Below, piece after piece: positions 9,496 through 19,676 of a stretch of 64,000 nt of DNA; the stretch's first letter is position 1, and each line of letters opens with the position of its first letter. A program made the translations under genes and the position numbers. The DNA is from Candidatus Bathyarchaeia archaeon (GTDB lineage: Archaea > Thermoproteota > Bathyarchaeia > 40CM-2-53-6). The DNA lies in contig JBEKVV010000002.1 in NCBI GenBank assembly GCA_049513715.1, positions 288,001 through 352,000 on the forward strand, given 5' to 3'. Under the pieces are notes generated by a model that searched no databases, was not told the DNA's origin, and was given only the letters and a program-made list of their open reading frames with translations.

Positions 9496-11286
9496 TCACC
9501 TAGCGACCTCTAGAATTTCTTTGGACAATGCTTGGAATTGTTGCTCCATTCTCGCTTCAATGTCCTTGGCGAAGCTTCGGAATGTTTCAGGTGGATGAAT
9601 CTTCGCGCGAGCAATTTCCTCTTTCGCCGGAACTTCAAGGGCACGTTGGAGCGAGATTCCCTGTTCGACACCGGTTCGCATTTTCTCGTAGAATTTCATG
9701 ATGAGTGACATGAGTAGGAAGGTTTTCTCGGGTGGACAGTAACTGTCGATAGGGTGAAGAGCGCTTTGGATTAGGAAGTCTTCCTTGATCATGCGTGCAG
9801 CCTCAAGGATGACGCGTTGGTTCTCTGATAAGGCGTCGGGGCCGACGAGCATGACGATTTCTCTCAATTCCTCGTCTCGTTGAAGAAGAGCCATCGCTTC
9901 CTTACGTAGCGAGGACCATTGAGGGCCGATTTGTGTGCGATACCAATTCTCGAATGAGTCAACGTATAGGGAGTAGCTGGTTAACCAATCGATGGCTGGG
10001 AAATGCCGCCTCTCTGCAAGTGCCTTGCTCAACGCCCAGAAGACCTTTACAATACGCAGCGTGTTTTGCGTCACCGGCTCCGAGAAGTCACCGCCGGATG
10101 GTGACACCGCCCCGACGACGGAAACTGAGCCCAGTTTGTTTGGATCTCTGCCGAGCACTTTGACGCGGCCTGCTCTTTCGTAGATTTCCGCCAACCTTGA
10201 TGCCAAATAAGCCGGGTAACCTTCTTCGCCAGGCATCTCCTCCAATCTGCCTGAGACTTCACGCAACGCCTCAGCCCAACGCGAAGTTGAATCCGCCATC
10301 AAGGCAACATTGTATCCCATATCTCGGAAGTATTCGGCAAGCGTCACGCCAGTGTACATGCTTGCCTCTCGCGCCGCGATCGGCATGTTTGAGGTATTTG
10401 CAACCAGAAGCGTGCGCTCCATCAAAGGTTGTCCGGATCGCGGGTCCTTAAGCTCTGGGAATGTCTCGAGGACTTCTGTCATCTCGTTCCCGCGTTCGCC
10501 GCAACCTACATAGACTATTACGTCTGCGTCAGCCCATTTCGCTAACTGGTGCTGCGTAATTGTCTTCCCAGTACCGAAGTCTCCAGGGATAGCGGCTGTT
10601 CCGCCCTTCGCAATCGGGAAGAAAAAGTCGATAATCCTCTGCCCTGTTATCAGTGGTATGTCTGAGGGGACTTTCTCTTTCACAGGGCGCGGGATTCGGA
10701 CGGGCCAAGATTGCATCAAGTAAACCTGAACAGTTCCCTGTGCTGACTCAACTTCCCCAATCGGGTCTTCCAGAGTATAACTTCCTTTCGACGCTATGGA
10801 CTTGAGAGTTCCAGTTAGGTTCGGAGGAACCATGATTCTGTGCTTGACTAGAGTGGTTTCGGGTATTTCGCCTAGCACATCTCCGCCCACAACCTTATCA
10901 CCTTTCTTAAGGATTGGAGTGAATTCCCACTTCTTCTTCCGGTCGAGAGGTGTGGTGGTTATGCCTCTTCGGATGAATGCGCCACCCAAGTTTTGAAGAA
11001 CTGGTAATGGCCGTTGTGTTCCGTCGAAGAATTGGTTGATCAGTCCCGGACCTAGTTCCACTGATAGTGGCGCACCAGTGCGCTCAACTACTTCCCCCGG
11101 TTTGATTCCAGTGGTTTCCTCATAGACTTGGATTGTTGCCGTGTCCGCTTCTACTCGGATGATTTCGCCGATGAGCCCTACGGTACCCACTTTCACGAGC
11201 TCGTACATACGAGCGCCTAGCATGTGCGATGCAACAACAACTGGGCCAGCCACTCGCTCAATCCTTCCGGGCTTGAACGTGGACAC
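9496..11286 (-). CDS. atpA: A/V-type ATP synthase subunit A
   Basis: P-loop [28 protein letters not shown]; no intein. Confidence 0.97.
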   Translation of the reverse strand: MSTFKPGRIERVAGPVVVASHMLGARMYELVKVGTVGLIGEIIRVEADTATIQVYEETTGIKPGEVVERTGAPLSVELGPGLINQFFDGTQRPLPVLQNLGGAFIRRGITTTPLDRKKKWEFTPILKKGDKVVGGDVLGEIPETTLVKHRIMVPPNLTGTLKSIASKGSYTLEDPIGEVESAQGTVQVYLMQSWPVRIPRPVKEKVPSDIPLITGQRIIDFFFPIAKGGTAAIPGDFGTGKTITQHQLAKWADADVIVYVGCGERGNEMTEVLETFPELKDPRSGQPLMERTLLVANTSNMPIAAREASMYTGVTLAEYFRDMGYNVALMADSTSRWAEALREVSGRLEEMPGEEGYPAYLASRLAEIYERAGRVKVLGRDPNKLGSVSVVGAVSPSGGDFSEPVTQNTLRIVKVFWALSKALAERRHFPAIDWLTSYSLYVDSFENWYRTQIGPQWSSLRKEAMALLQRDEELREIVMLVGPDALSENQRVILEAARMIKEDFLIQSALHPIDSYCPPEKTFLLMSLIMKFYEKMRTGVEQGISLQRALEVPAKEEIARAKIHPPETFRSFAKDIEARMEQQFQALSKEILEVAR

Positions 11287-11379
11287 CGCAAATTCCTCGA
11301 CTTGATTGGAAGCGGGCTGTGATATCGAAGGTGCTTACTTATTGCTTTCGTTCATTTGAAGGCTCACATCGCGGCGCTG

Positions 11380-12378
11380 TTACTTGATCAGGTGTTCGCC
11401 TTCGTCCATGATTTTCTTTCCGTCAACCCAGACTGAGGATTTCAGGATTATTCCATCTATGTGCGTTTTCGAGTTCCAATCTGCGCCGGTTTCGTCGGGG
11501 TAGGGATCGCCGAAGGCGCAGTGTACCGAAGGGAACTTTTCGTCCTGCAGCAGAACGCCGGACAGTTTTTGGAGGTAGATGTTGGTTCCGATTGCGAATT
11601 CACCTAGCCTATTGCTGTTGGGGTCCGTTCTAAGGTATTCAATCAGTTCCTTTCTCAGCTGCTCATTCTTGCAGGTGACTGTTGATGGGTCCACTCGTGA
11701 GTCGTTGACTTGAAGTGTGACTGGGGTTTCTGTGAGTGCACCATACTTTTGGCTGAACCAGTCCCCCAGCTCATCGATTACAATCCTTCCGTTCGCCTTG
11801 TAGGCAGCTGTGAAGATTTCTCCTTCGGGAAGGTTGCCCCACATCCCCTTGTTGGGGTAGAGTCCGTCACATGGTTTCCATCTCCAATCGGGATGGAATT
11901 CAACATTCAAGTCCGTTCCCGCATTGTTGACGACCTTTGCTTTTCGGCAGCCCTTCACTGCTCGCTCAACTTTCTTGGTGAGCTCCGAGATCTTTTGGTA
12001 ATCAGCGCACATTCCTGTTTCCATAAGCGCCTTCGTCACGCCTGGCATGTGGGCGTGGCGTGCATATTGAAGCGCCGTTCTGATGAATGGACCCCTAACC
12101 GCAAGTTCGCCAGGTTTGCTCCCTGCAGCATAGAATGTTACGTTCGCCCATGGGATTGCATTTAGAATCTGCTTAGGTATTTCTTTCGCAGGGCGTTCCG
12201 TGAAATCTTCCAGGACGAGGAGCTTCACGTTTCCTTTTGAAACCCTCTCGGAGGCTTCTGAGATTGCTCGGCCAACTTCTAGTGTTGTGCGGTCCGTCAC
12301 GATTAGAACGTGTTCACCCTTCTTGACAGACATGCAAACTTCAACGGCGTTACGTGCCCCTTCCTGCAGTGTTCCCAA
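11380..12378 (-). CDS. M29 family (aminopeptidase T/S) metallo-aminopeptidase
   Basis: NLPEGEIF, LGEFAIG, LQDEK, H.AFG, HID motifs. Confidence 0.85.
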   Translation of the reverse strand: MGTLQEGARNAVEVCMSVKKGEHVLIVTDRTTLEVGRAISEASERVSKGNVKLLVLEDFTERPAKEIPKQILNAIPWANVTFYAAGSKPGELAVRGPFIRTALQYARHAHMPGVTKALMETGMCADYQKISELTKKVERAVKGCRKAKVVNNAGTDLNVEFHPDWRWKPCDGLYPNKGMWGNLPEGEIFTAAYKANGRIVIDELGDWFSQKYGALTETPVTLQVNDSRVDPSTVTCKNEQLRKELIEYLRTDPNSNRLGEFAIGTNIYLQKLSGVLLQDEKFPSVHCAFGDPYPDETGADWNSKTHIDGIILKSSVWVDGKKIMDEGEHLIK

Positions 12379-13137
12379 CTACTTTGCCTCCCCACTGACG
12401 AGAGTTCGCTTGTTTTGCCTTCGCCACAGGCCAATAATAAACACCCCTTCCACGATGAACACAACAACAAGAAGTGCCAACCCGAGCGGCTCAAGATATG
12501 TAACGATTAGCCTTGGGTAATATGTTTGGCCTGGAACCTTGTTGTGGGTGAAGAACTGTGTTGAGTAAAGGATTGGTGAATTCTCTTGCGTATCGCGTAT
12601 CACAACTCCATAATTCGGTACTCCCGACCGCCAATCCTTCACCATGTTCGTCACGTCCCAGTCCATCCAGACCAATGGGCCATCCCAGCCTCCTTGAGCA
12701 TTTGGAACGGTAGCCGTCGCGTGACGGTTTTCAGTATAGTTGGGTTGGTTACTCCAGTTTACATCCATCTCCTCCCAAGGTTGTGTGATCTGGTAGGCTC
12801 CGTAAATGCGCCCTGTGCTGTCGCCGATTCCTTGCGAGGGGTCGTTTGTGGTCTTGTGCCAAAGACGGAGCCGCAAGGTGGAACCCAATATCCACGCGTC
12901 CGAAGGAATCTTCTGAATATCGAACTGCACCCACCCACGCATGTTCTTAGGGTTCTTCAGCGACGACATGATCTCGAAGTTATCCGACCCGCCGTTGTTG
13001 GCATTTGGAACAGATTGCCAACTGTAACTGTCCTTCATCGAGTAGATCGTTAAGGTCGCCACCGATGTTGCCCAAAAGATTCCGATGGTCAAACCGTAAA
13101 GAGCTATGATGAGTATTGCAAAGTGGACGCGTTTCAT
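12379..13137 (-). CDS. Membrane-anchored DNRLRE/CBM96-like domain protein
   Basis: N- and C-terminal TM helices; RGWVQFD, WEEMDVNWSNQP, DVTNMVKDW, NYG, PRL; start taken at MKRVHF. Confidence 0.7.
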   Translation of the reverse strand: MKRVHFAILIIALYGLTIGIFWATSVATLTIYSMKDSYSWQSVPNANNGGSDNFEIMSSLKNPKNMRGWVQFDIQKIPSDAWILGSTLRLRLWHKTTNDPSQGIGDSTGRIYGAYQITQPWEEMDVNWSNQPNYTENRHATATVPNAQGGWDGPLVWMDWDVTNMVKDWRSGVPNYGVVIRDTQENSPILYSTQFFTHNKVPGQTYYPRLIVTYLEPLGLALLVVVFIVEGVFIIGLWRRQNKRTLVSGEAK

Positions 13138-13208
13138 GGAATCCAACCTGCTGCCGTTGCGGAAGAACAAAAGCCATAGCCATAACTGTTGCCATTGAAC
13201 TTGGTTCC

Positions 13209-13832
13209 CTGAAGGAGGCGCAGGCGATTCTTAATTTCCTTCTAAACATAAGCAAAATGAAATCAATTCCCCGCAGTGGCTGGATTAGCCACGGCATATC
13301 TTTGAATGATGTCGAATCCGTGGCAGAACACTCCTTCTCAACGTCAGCGCTCTCACTGTTGCTTGCAGACCTAGAAGTTGCGCGCGGAGCAAAAGTGGAT
13401 GTTGAACGTGTTCTTAGGATGGCTATCTTTCACGACATGGCGGAGTCATTGACCTTCGACATAAGTAAGGGGTACCTGAATTACTTGGGAAAGAGAGGTG
13501 CCTCCATCAAAAGTGAACTGGAACGCTCAGCGTGGAAGCACCTCGCCGATGGACTCAAGAATGATACCCTAGCCCGCGAGTACACTCGCCTGCAAAAGGA
13601 GTTTGATGCAGATGAGACTCTCGAATCGAAGATCGTGCATGCTGCTGACGGGTTGGACCTACTTCTACAGGTTATTGAATATCGGCGCAGAGGGTACCCA
13701 GAATTACTCTTGAGGGAACTATGGGATGGAACAAACGCCAAACTCAGGCAATCAGAGCTTCTCTCGGTTAGGCGTATTCATCGTGAGATAATCGCCGAGG
13801 CCAAGAGGATTGGTACGACACGAATCAGATGA
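13209..13832 (+). CDS. HD-domain 5'-deoxynucleotidase (YfbR/HDDC2-like)
   Basis: K.IPRSGW, ESVAEHS, HDMAE, ADGLD; start inferred at CTG 13209. Confidence 0.88.
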   Translation: MKEAQAILNFLLNISKMKSIPRSGWISHGISLNDVESVAEHSFSTSALSLLLADLEVARGAKVDVERVLRMAIFHDMAESLTFDISKGYLNYLGKRGASIKSELERSAWKHLADGLKNDTLAREYTRLQKEFDADETLESKIVHAADGLDLLLQVIEYRRRGYPELLLRELWDGTNAKLRQSELLSVRRIHREIIAEAKRIGTTRIR

Positions 13833-14256
13833 TGTGGATATAGTTGGACGGGAGTTGCACGACTCCGATTCCGTTCTCGTATATCCAGATGCCGAATTCC
13901 TCTGATTTGGGGTCAGCCACCAAGGACAGCGCATAAGTGGAGAATTGGTAAAACTGCATGTGCGTTTCTAGGTCAGTCTGTGACAGGAACAGGCCGTGCC
14001 CTGGATGGGAATGGTACCATCCAACGATTCGGCCATTTATCTTGCCTTCAACAATGTCATTCGCGACCTGGGCAAGGCGTTTGGGAGGGAACGCGCAGGA
14101 GACTTCGCTCATTTCACTTCCCCCTGGTATGATATCGTTCACCCAAAGAGAGGTATCCTCTAATGCGCCCATAAGTAGGCCGATTCGTTCGTAGGGCCGG
14201 TTCACGTCACGTGAAATACGTTCCAATACTCGGTTCGTGATGAAGACTTTGAACAA
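13825..14256 (-). CDS. JAMM/MPN+ metalloprotease, Rpn11-like
   Basis: ERIGLLMG ... GWYHSHPG.GLFLS..D. Confidence 0.9.
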   Translation of the reverse strand: MFKVFITNRVLERISRDVNRPYERIGLLMGALEDTSLWVNDIIPGGSEMSEVSCAFPPKRLAQVANDIVEGKINGRIVGWYHSHPGHGLFLSQTDLETHMQFYQFSTYALSLVADPKSEEFGIWIYENGIGVVQLPSNYIHII

Positions 14257-14514
14257 TAGTCGTCACAATTTGGAAGCCTAAGTGAAAAGTGGGGTCAGAT
14301 AAAACTTCATCCGCGAACTCCGATGAAACCTCTGAGCAAATAGTCCGATTTGGCCATATACCTGTCCATTGAACCCGCTTCCACCTGAACCCACCCCTGG
14401 GGACCTATTGACGATTGAGGCTGTTCTAATTTGTGGACTCTCTGTTCGAAAGCGTGGTGTTATTGCACAGAGAACACTCTCTCCAGTCAGTTGCAAGGAA
14501 CGGAGATGCAATAA

Positions 14515-15273
14515 ATGAGTGAGAAATCAGGCCGAAAAGTGTACTACTTGGCCGCCGTCGCGATAGTAGCAATTGTTCTGATCAGCTCCTTAGCCGCAAT
14601 TCGCCCACCAGTACTACAGACAGGGACCGGGATACCCCCAACTCCAAAAACCCTGCAAGTCAGCGGTACCGGAACGGTGACTGCAAATCCTGACCAGGCT
14701 GTCATTTCGCTCGCCGTCATATCACAGGCCCAAACAGCTACCCGGGCCACAAGTGACAATGCGGCAATCATGGCGAAGGTCCTGGATGCTTTGATCGGTG
14801 CAGGCGTGGGCAAAGGCGCTATTGAAACCACAGCGTATTCGCTGACTCCAATATATGAAAACACACCGGACCAGACAAATCCTCCCAAGATTGTAGGTTA
14901 CGGAGTCCGCAACGAAATTCAAATCACACTTCCCATCACAGCAACTGACTACAACATGATTGGCAAGGTTCTGGACGCTGCAATTTCAGCAGGGGCAAAC
15001 GAAATTGGAGGCATCATGTTCACATTCTCTACGGCTACGTACCAGACCCTTCAGAAACAGGCTATGCAGCTGGCACTACAAGACGCAGACGCTCAGGCAA
15101 AGGGCGTTGCTTCAAGTCTCGGTATACGCATAGTTGGTCCAATAGCAGTTACCCCCGGATACGTGTACCAACCAATCTTTAACAGACTAACCGCCTCCGC
15201 AGCCCAGACACCGATACAACCCGGCACACTGCAAGTTACAGCAACGGTCCAGGTGACGTATGAATTCGCCTAG
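14515..15273 (+). CDS. SIMPL (DUF541) domain protein
   Basis: N-terminal TM, VSGTGTV...PDQA, AISAGAN, C-terminal VQVTYEF. Confidence 0.9.
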   Translation: MSEKSGRKVYYLAAVAIVAIVLISSLAAIRPPVLQTGTGIPPTPKTLQVSGTGTVTANPDQAVISLAVISQAQTATRATSDNAAIMAKVLDALIGAGVGKGAIETTAYSLTPIYENTPDQTNPPKIVGYGVRNEIQITLPITATDYNMIGKVLDAAISAGANEIGGIMFTFSTATYQTLQKQAMQLALQDADAQAKGVASSLGIRIVGPIAVTPGYVYQPIFNRLTASAAQTPIQPGTLQVTATVQVTYEFA

Positions 15274-15283
15274 ACTGGTGCAA

Positions 15284-15916
15284 TCACAAACCCAGGAACA
15301 TTGGCGTAATGTAAGTCTCAACATACGCTGCCACTGTAAACAGCAGAACAGACAACAACGAAAGCACCAGCGTATCCTTAATCCCCTCAATGAGAAGCGG
15401 TCGGTCAAGACTCCGGCCGCTCAATTTTGTGTAAATGGCTTTCGTCGAAGCCACATGCCAACGCGTCAGTCCAGCGAACTCCAAGATGAACGCTGGAATC
15501 TCGAAGATTCCATGTGGTGCTAACCCTGCAACAGTGTATGCGGCCCCACGTGTTACACTCGCGAACGACGCAACGCCTCCGATAACTATCGCGTTGAGTA
15601 GCAGTTCATATCCCAAGCTGAAGGCACCAACAACAGGGATCCACACCCATACACGGGTGGGGTTCCAGAAATGGCCGATGTTGTTGAGCAAGATTAGCCT
15701 GTACAAGTCAGGTGTGTACGGGGGCGGGATAGCGACAAGCTGCCGTGTCGTCCCAATAGCTGTCTGAAATGTCTTCACCAATTCAGGCGATGTCAGGAGG
15801 AAGATGTATGCGATCATTGCTGAGAGAAAAGTAACCATCAAGAATGTCAACGCGACTACTGAGATCAATAGCTTGTTCCGTACGAAGATCAGGCGGAGCT
15901 CGGTGAGAGCGTTCAT
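15284..15916 (-). CDS. SpoIIM-like integral membrane protein
   Basis: ILLNN, PHGIFEIPA, AAYVETY motifs. Confidence 0.85.
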   Translation of the reverse strand: MNALTELRLIFVRNKLLISVVALTFLMVTFLSAMIAYIFLLTSPELVKTFQTAIGTTRQLVAIPPPYTPDLYRLILLNNIGHFWNPTRVWVWIPVVGAFSLGYELLLNAIVIGGVASFASVTRGAAYTVAGLAPHGIFEIPAFILEFAGLTRWHVASTKAIYTKLSGRSLDRPLLIEGIKDTLVLSLLSVLLFTVAAYVETYITPMFLGL

Positions 15917-15925
15917 CAGCCTCGC

Positions 15926-16837
15926 CTAGGTCTGTTGCGATTTCCCGCAGAACGGACAAAACTTGGCCTCTTCCGGAACTGGTCCACTGCAGCTATGGCA
16001 CTGCTTGCTTGGGATCTTTGGTTTGAGTGAGGCAAGGACTTGGTCTTCGAACAAAGCTTGGTCTTGGAAGTGTTCGTTGTAATCTTCCAGCAACTTATAG
16101 AACCAGTAGATCCAAAAAAGTCCCCCGGTAATTGCCGTCAATATGAGAAATAGGAACGGGTCCCGTCTGTGGAGCCTCCCTGGGGGAAGTGGCGAAAGAG
16201 AAATACTCATCTGGTTTAGTGTACTCGTAAGCATCACTTGGTAATTCTGCTGCCGGTCTTCGTGTTTGCGTAGGTCTTGGGTTAGGCTAAAGGCTGCAAT
16301 GAGGCTCACAATAGGCGAAACGAAAAAGTTGAGTATCGCCCATATAACCGCGGGTCTGTTTTCCTCTTCAGTTAGGTCGTCTTCAGTCATCTCTGCCAGT
16401 CTGGAAGCATTTTCGACTGGTACGGTCGAACAAGCTGTAAGGTACCTCGGCAGCATGGCGAAGAGTTGCTGTTGGCGCTTGAAGTGATTGTTTCTGCGGT
16501 CTAACAGGTAATAAATTGAGACGGAGTCGATGAGCAGTACCATGTAAAGTGCGACAATTCCAAGGAAATAGAGGGAGAGAATAGCTGCGACCGCTGGGAC
16601 GGCGGTTTCGGAACCTTGAAGGGACTGGAGATTCAGGAAGTTGGACAAAACGATTCGGATGATTGAGAGGACCAGCGTGATTCCTATTATTATGGGAAGT
16701 ATTGGGGCAAGCATCCAGATTTTCCCCATCCTACGATCACTCGTTGAACGCCTCCGAACGAGTTCCCCAATGCGCCTTAGCGAAGAATCAAGTTCTGTCA
16801 GCGGCCGCACCCTACCCTCCCCTGTCAAGACCAGCAA
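15926..16837 (-). CDS. Membrane protein (DUF4234-like) with C-terminal zinc ribbon
   Basis: Several TM helices, ITGGLFWIYW, CHSC...CPFCG; start uncertain. Confidence 0.7.
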   Translation of the reverse strand: MLVLTGEGRVRPLTELDSSLRRIGELVRRRSTSDRRMGKIWMLAPILPIIIGITLVLSIIRIVLSNFLNLQSLQGSETAVPAVAAILSLYFLGIVALYMVLLIDSVSIYYLLDRRNNHFKRQQQLFAMLPRYLTACSTVPVENASRLAEMTEDDLTEEENRPAVIWAILNFFVSPIVSLIAAFSLTQDLRKHEDRQQNYQVMLTSTLNQMSISLSPLPPGRLHRRDPFLFLILTAITGGLFWIYWFYKLLEDYNEHFQDQALFEDQVLASLKPKIPSKQCHSCSGPVPEEAKFCPFCGKSQQT

Positions 16838-17003
16838 GCAACATATTCATTGCTCTCGTGTTCTCAGGCCACGCTACGTATGGCCTCTGACAACGGGATT
16901 GGGATGTCTGGTTGTGCCTCAAAGCGAGGTCTGTGCTAGGGCAAGTATCCAGCCGGTAATCTCTTAATCTTCATCAGCACTACTGTTTCGTGGTGTTTAG
17001 GGA

Positions 17004-17240
17004 ATGCCAAAGGCCTTCGTTTTCATGAATATTGATGCTGGCTCCGAAATTGAAATACTGAAGAGTCTGCGGGAGGTTCCCGAAGTTAAGGAATCCTTCT
17101 TCGTCTATGGGGTTTACGATGTCATTGCCAAGATTGAGACGGACTCGATGGACCGCCTGAAAGAAGTGATCACCTGGAAGGTCCGCAGGCTAGACAAAGT
17201 CCGGTCGACCCTGACAACCATCGTCAGTGAAGGCAAATAG
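17004..17240 (+). CDS. Stand-alone Lrp/AsnC ligand-binding domain protein
   Basis: AFVFMN, VYGVYDVIAK, STLT. Confidence 0.88.
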   Translation: MPKAFVFMNIDAGSEIEILKSLREVPEVKESFFVYGVYDVIAKIETDSMDRLKEVITWKVRRLDKVRSTLTTIVSEGK

Positions 17241-17293
17241 CACTCTGAAGGCCGCCTGATCTCGGCGACCTATTAGAGTACTCAGTCTGGAAT

Positions 17294-18442
17294 CTAGCGG
17301 TAGGGCAGATATTCCTTTCCCAGAAGTTCCCGTGCCACAACTATTTTGTTGATGTCCGTTGTACCGTCGCCAATCATGGCCCCCCGAATTTCCCTCAAAC
17401 GGTACTCATCCATGCATTCCGTTGTAAAGCCTGTCGCTCCGTGATTCTGAAGGCAGTCGTTGACGATGTGGAATGTCAGCTGGGGGACATACCATTTGAT
17501 CATCGCAGAGTCTTTCGTTATCTTACGCCCCCTATCTTTCAACCACAGAGTCCTGTAGCAGAGTAACTTAGCGGCTTCAAGGGTCGTATAGCCCTCAACA
17601 ATCCGTCCTTGCACAGACTCGTACTTGGCAATCGGCCGACCGAACGCCCTACGCTGCTTTGCATATTCCACATTCTCTTCAAGCGCCGCTTCGGCTATGC
17701 CGACGCACCACACTGCGATGAGGGAGCGCATAAGGTCGAAAGTTTCCATGACGTAATAGAACCCGTGATTTTCCTCTCCGATCAAGTTCGATGCAGGAAT
17801 GGTCACATCCTTCAGAACTAATCCACCAAACGAGAAGAGTCTCCAACCCAGAGCATCGAAATTGTACTTCTCAATTCCTGGCCTGTTCGTTTCGACGAAA
17901 AACATGCTCACGCCTTTAGATCCCTTGTCCGGGTCTGTTTTTGCAAGAAGGCAATAGGCTCCGAACTCGTTCACACCAGTGATGAATTGTTTTTCCCCGT
18001 TCAGAACATAATTATCCCCCTTCCTAACCGCGCGGGTCGTAATAGCGGCAGCATCAGACCCAGCAGAAGGCTCAGTATTTGCTATCCCAAGCAGGCGCTC
18101 TCCCCTCGCAATTTCGGGGAGCCATTCTCGCTTCAAATGCTCTGGCCCATGCAATGCCAGAATCTCAGCCATGATGTCGGTGAGTGGGATTTGCCATCCC
18201 GCACGCCCGAGTTCTTCTGTAACAATTCCCATGGTGACGGCGTCAATTTCTTGACCCCCATATTGCTTGGGTATCCTTAACGCTAACAGGCCTTGCTTGC
18301 CCAGCTTTCTGTAGAGTTCCCACGGAAACTCGCCTTTTCCTTCGGCCTCCCGTATGTATGGTGTAATCTCCTTTCGTGCGAATTCGCGTACGGTTCGGCG
18401 GAGGAGTTCCTGTTCTTCGCTGAAATTGAAGTCTAATGTCAT
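17294..18442 (-). CDS. Acyl-CoA dehydrogenase
   Basis: TEPSAGSD, LNGEKQFIT, R.AFGRPI, HGATG, IGDGT. Confidence 0.93.
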   Translation of the reverse strand: MTLDFNFSEEQELLRRTVREFARKEITPYIREAEGKGEFPWELYRKLGKQGLLALRIPKQYGGQEIDAVTMGIVTEELGRAGWQIPLTDIMAEILALHGPEHLKREWLPEIARGERLLGIANTEPSAGSDAAAITTRAVRKGDNYVLNGEKQFITGVNEFGAYCLLAKTDPDKGSKGVSMFFVETNRPGIEKYNFDALGWRLFSFGGLVLKDVTIPASNLIGEENHGFYYVMETFDLMRSLIAVWCVGIAEAALEENVEYAKQRRAFGRPIAKYESVQGRIVEGYTTLEAAKLLCYRTLWLKDRGRKITKDSAMIKWYVPQLTFHIVNDCLQNHGATGFTTECMDEYRLREIRGAMIGDGTTDINKIVVARELLGKEYLPYR

Positions 18443-18833
18443 TGATTTTCACGAGGTAAAACTGATGTATTGAGTTCTCTTCTTAAGGTTGACGAGAAGC
18501 AAGTAAAACGTGCGCCCAGTCCAATACGCCTGTAGGCCTACTGATGAGTGCTGGTGACCCCGAGTGAGTTCTATCATCGACCGAATTCAAGAGACGATCC
18601 TCGCACAGGAGAGCATTATCCTTGAACTCATCAAGTATGGCAGGGTAGTTGCTGCTTATGAGATATCAATCGAATGGCGTCGGAGGTAAGTCAAAAGTTT
18701 CTGGTTGAAGTTGTGAGTTTCAGGAAGAGCCGGCAACTCATAGATTTCAAATGAACTGGCGCAAAACATTTGTGAGAACTTTCAGAACGCCTTCGCGGCC
18801 TTCGACACCATTACGTAGGTCTGTAGAATTCCG

Positions 18834-19247
18834 CTAATGAAGTGTCTTGAGACTCCATTCTCCTTTCTTCAGCTTCAGGCCTTCGATGCCCATACTCCAA
18901 GAAACTTTCGCGGTTATTCGCAGGTACTTTCCAGAACCAAACATCCCTTTGCGTTCCACAACCTCCGCAGTTCCATACACCCTGATTGCTCTGGGTCTCC
19001 ACGGGTCAACGGATTGCAAATCGTCGATAGCGAGAGCCACCATGTTTTTGCCGTCTCTCACATTCTTGTATTTACGTGTCCTGAGGAAGATGTCCTGGCT
19101 GTGGCTTCCAACGTAGAAGTATTCGCCGTCGAATTCGAAGGCTACGGGAACAACGTCAGGCTGACCATCTGGGGAGACCGTCGCAAATCTACACAAGCGC
19201 TGGCCCTTCATATACTCAATCTCAAGCTGCGAAAACAAACTAGACAC
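18834..19247 (-). CDS. PPOX-class F420/FMN-dependent oxidoreductase
   Basis: RFATVSPDGQPDVVPV, IDDL...PWRPR. Confidence 0.88.
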   Translation of the reverse strand: MSSLFSQLEIEYMKGQRLCRFATVSPDGQPDVVPVAFEFDGEYFYVGSHSQDIFLRTRKYKNVRDGKNMVALAIDDLQSVDPWRPRAIRVYGTAEVVERKGMFGSGKYLRITAKVSWSMGIEGLKLKKGEWSLKTLH

Positions 19248-19382
19248 CGAAAACCCGAAGGTGACGACCGAATATAAGTTGACTGAGTTGCCGGAATTTC
19301 CTGTGAGATGTTGTCAGCATAGTGCCTCCATACGATAACGCATGTCTCTTAGCTCGTTTGTACGCGTGTTGTGATCTAAACC

Positions 19383-19676
19383 TTGGCACATTGTGATAAG
19401 ATTCACGAGGAATACGATCGTTACGCTAACGCTCACGTGCAGGTGGGGCAGCTTCCGGCCTGGATGCACGTTGATGGCAAGGTTGCTTGGTATGTTTTTC
19501 AGGGCCCATACAGAAAGCTGCCCGAAGGTTGGGGCGAGTTCATGAAGAAAGCCCAAGCTTCGAACCCGGGTGGATTTGCTGGACCACCGGGGGACGTTTA
19601 TGCCTGCGACCCTCAGGACCACAAAGGCAACGAACAAAGACTGATAACGATTTTATGGGCCCCTCTAAAGCCGTGA
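19383..19676 (+). CDS. Small GyrI-like effector-binding protein
   Basis: FQGPY..LPEGW..F, GPPGDVY..DP, TILWAP. Confidence 0.7.
   Translation: MAHCDKIHEEYDRYANAHVQVGQLPAWMHVDGKVAWYVFQGPYRKLPEGWGEFMKKAQASNPGGFAGPPGDVYACDPQDHKGNEQRLITILWAPLKP

Noticed and set aside
9496..11286. Intein in atpA
   Set aside because: Normal 596-aa length with uninterrupted P-loop region
18510..18520. Group II intron 5' end (GTGCGCCC)
   Set aside because: No domain V/VI or maturase recognised downstream
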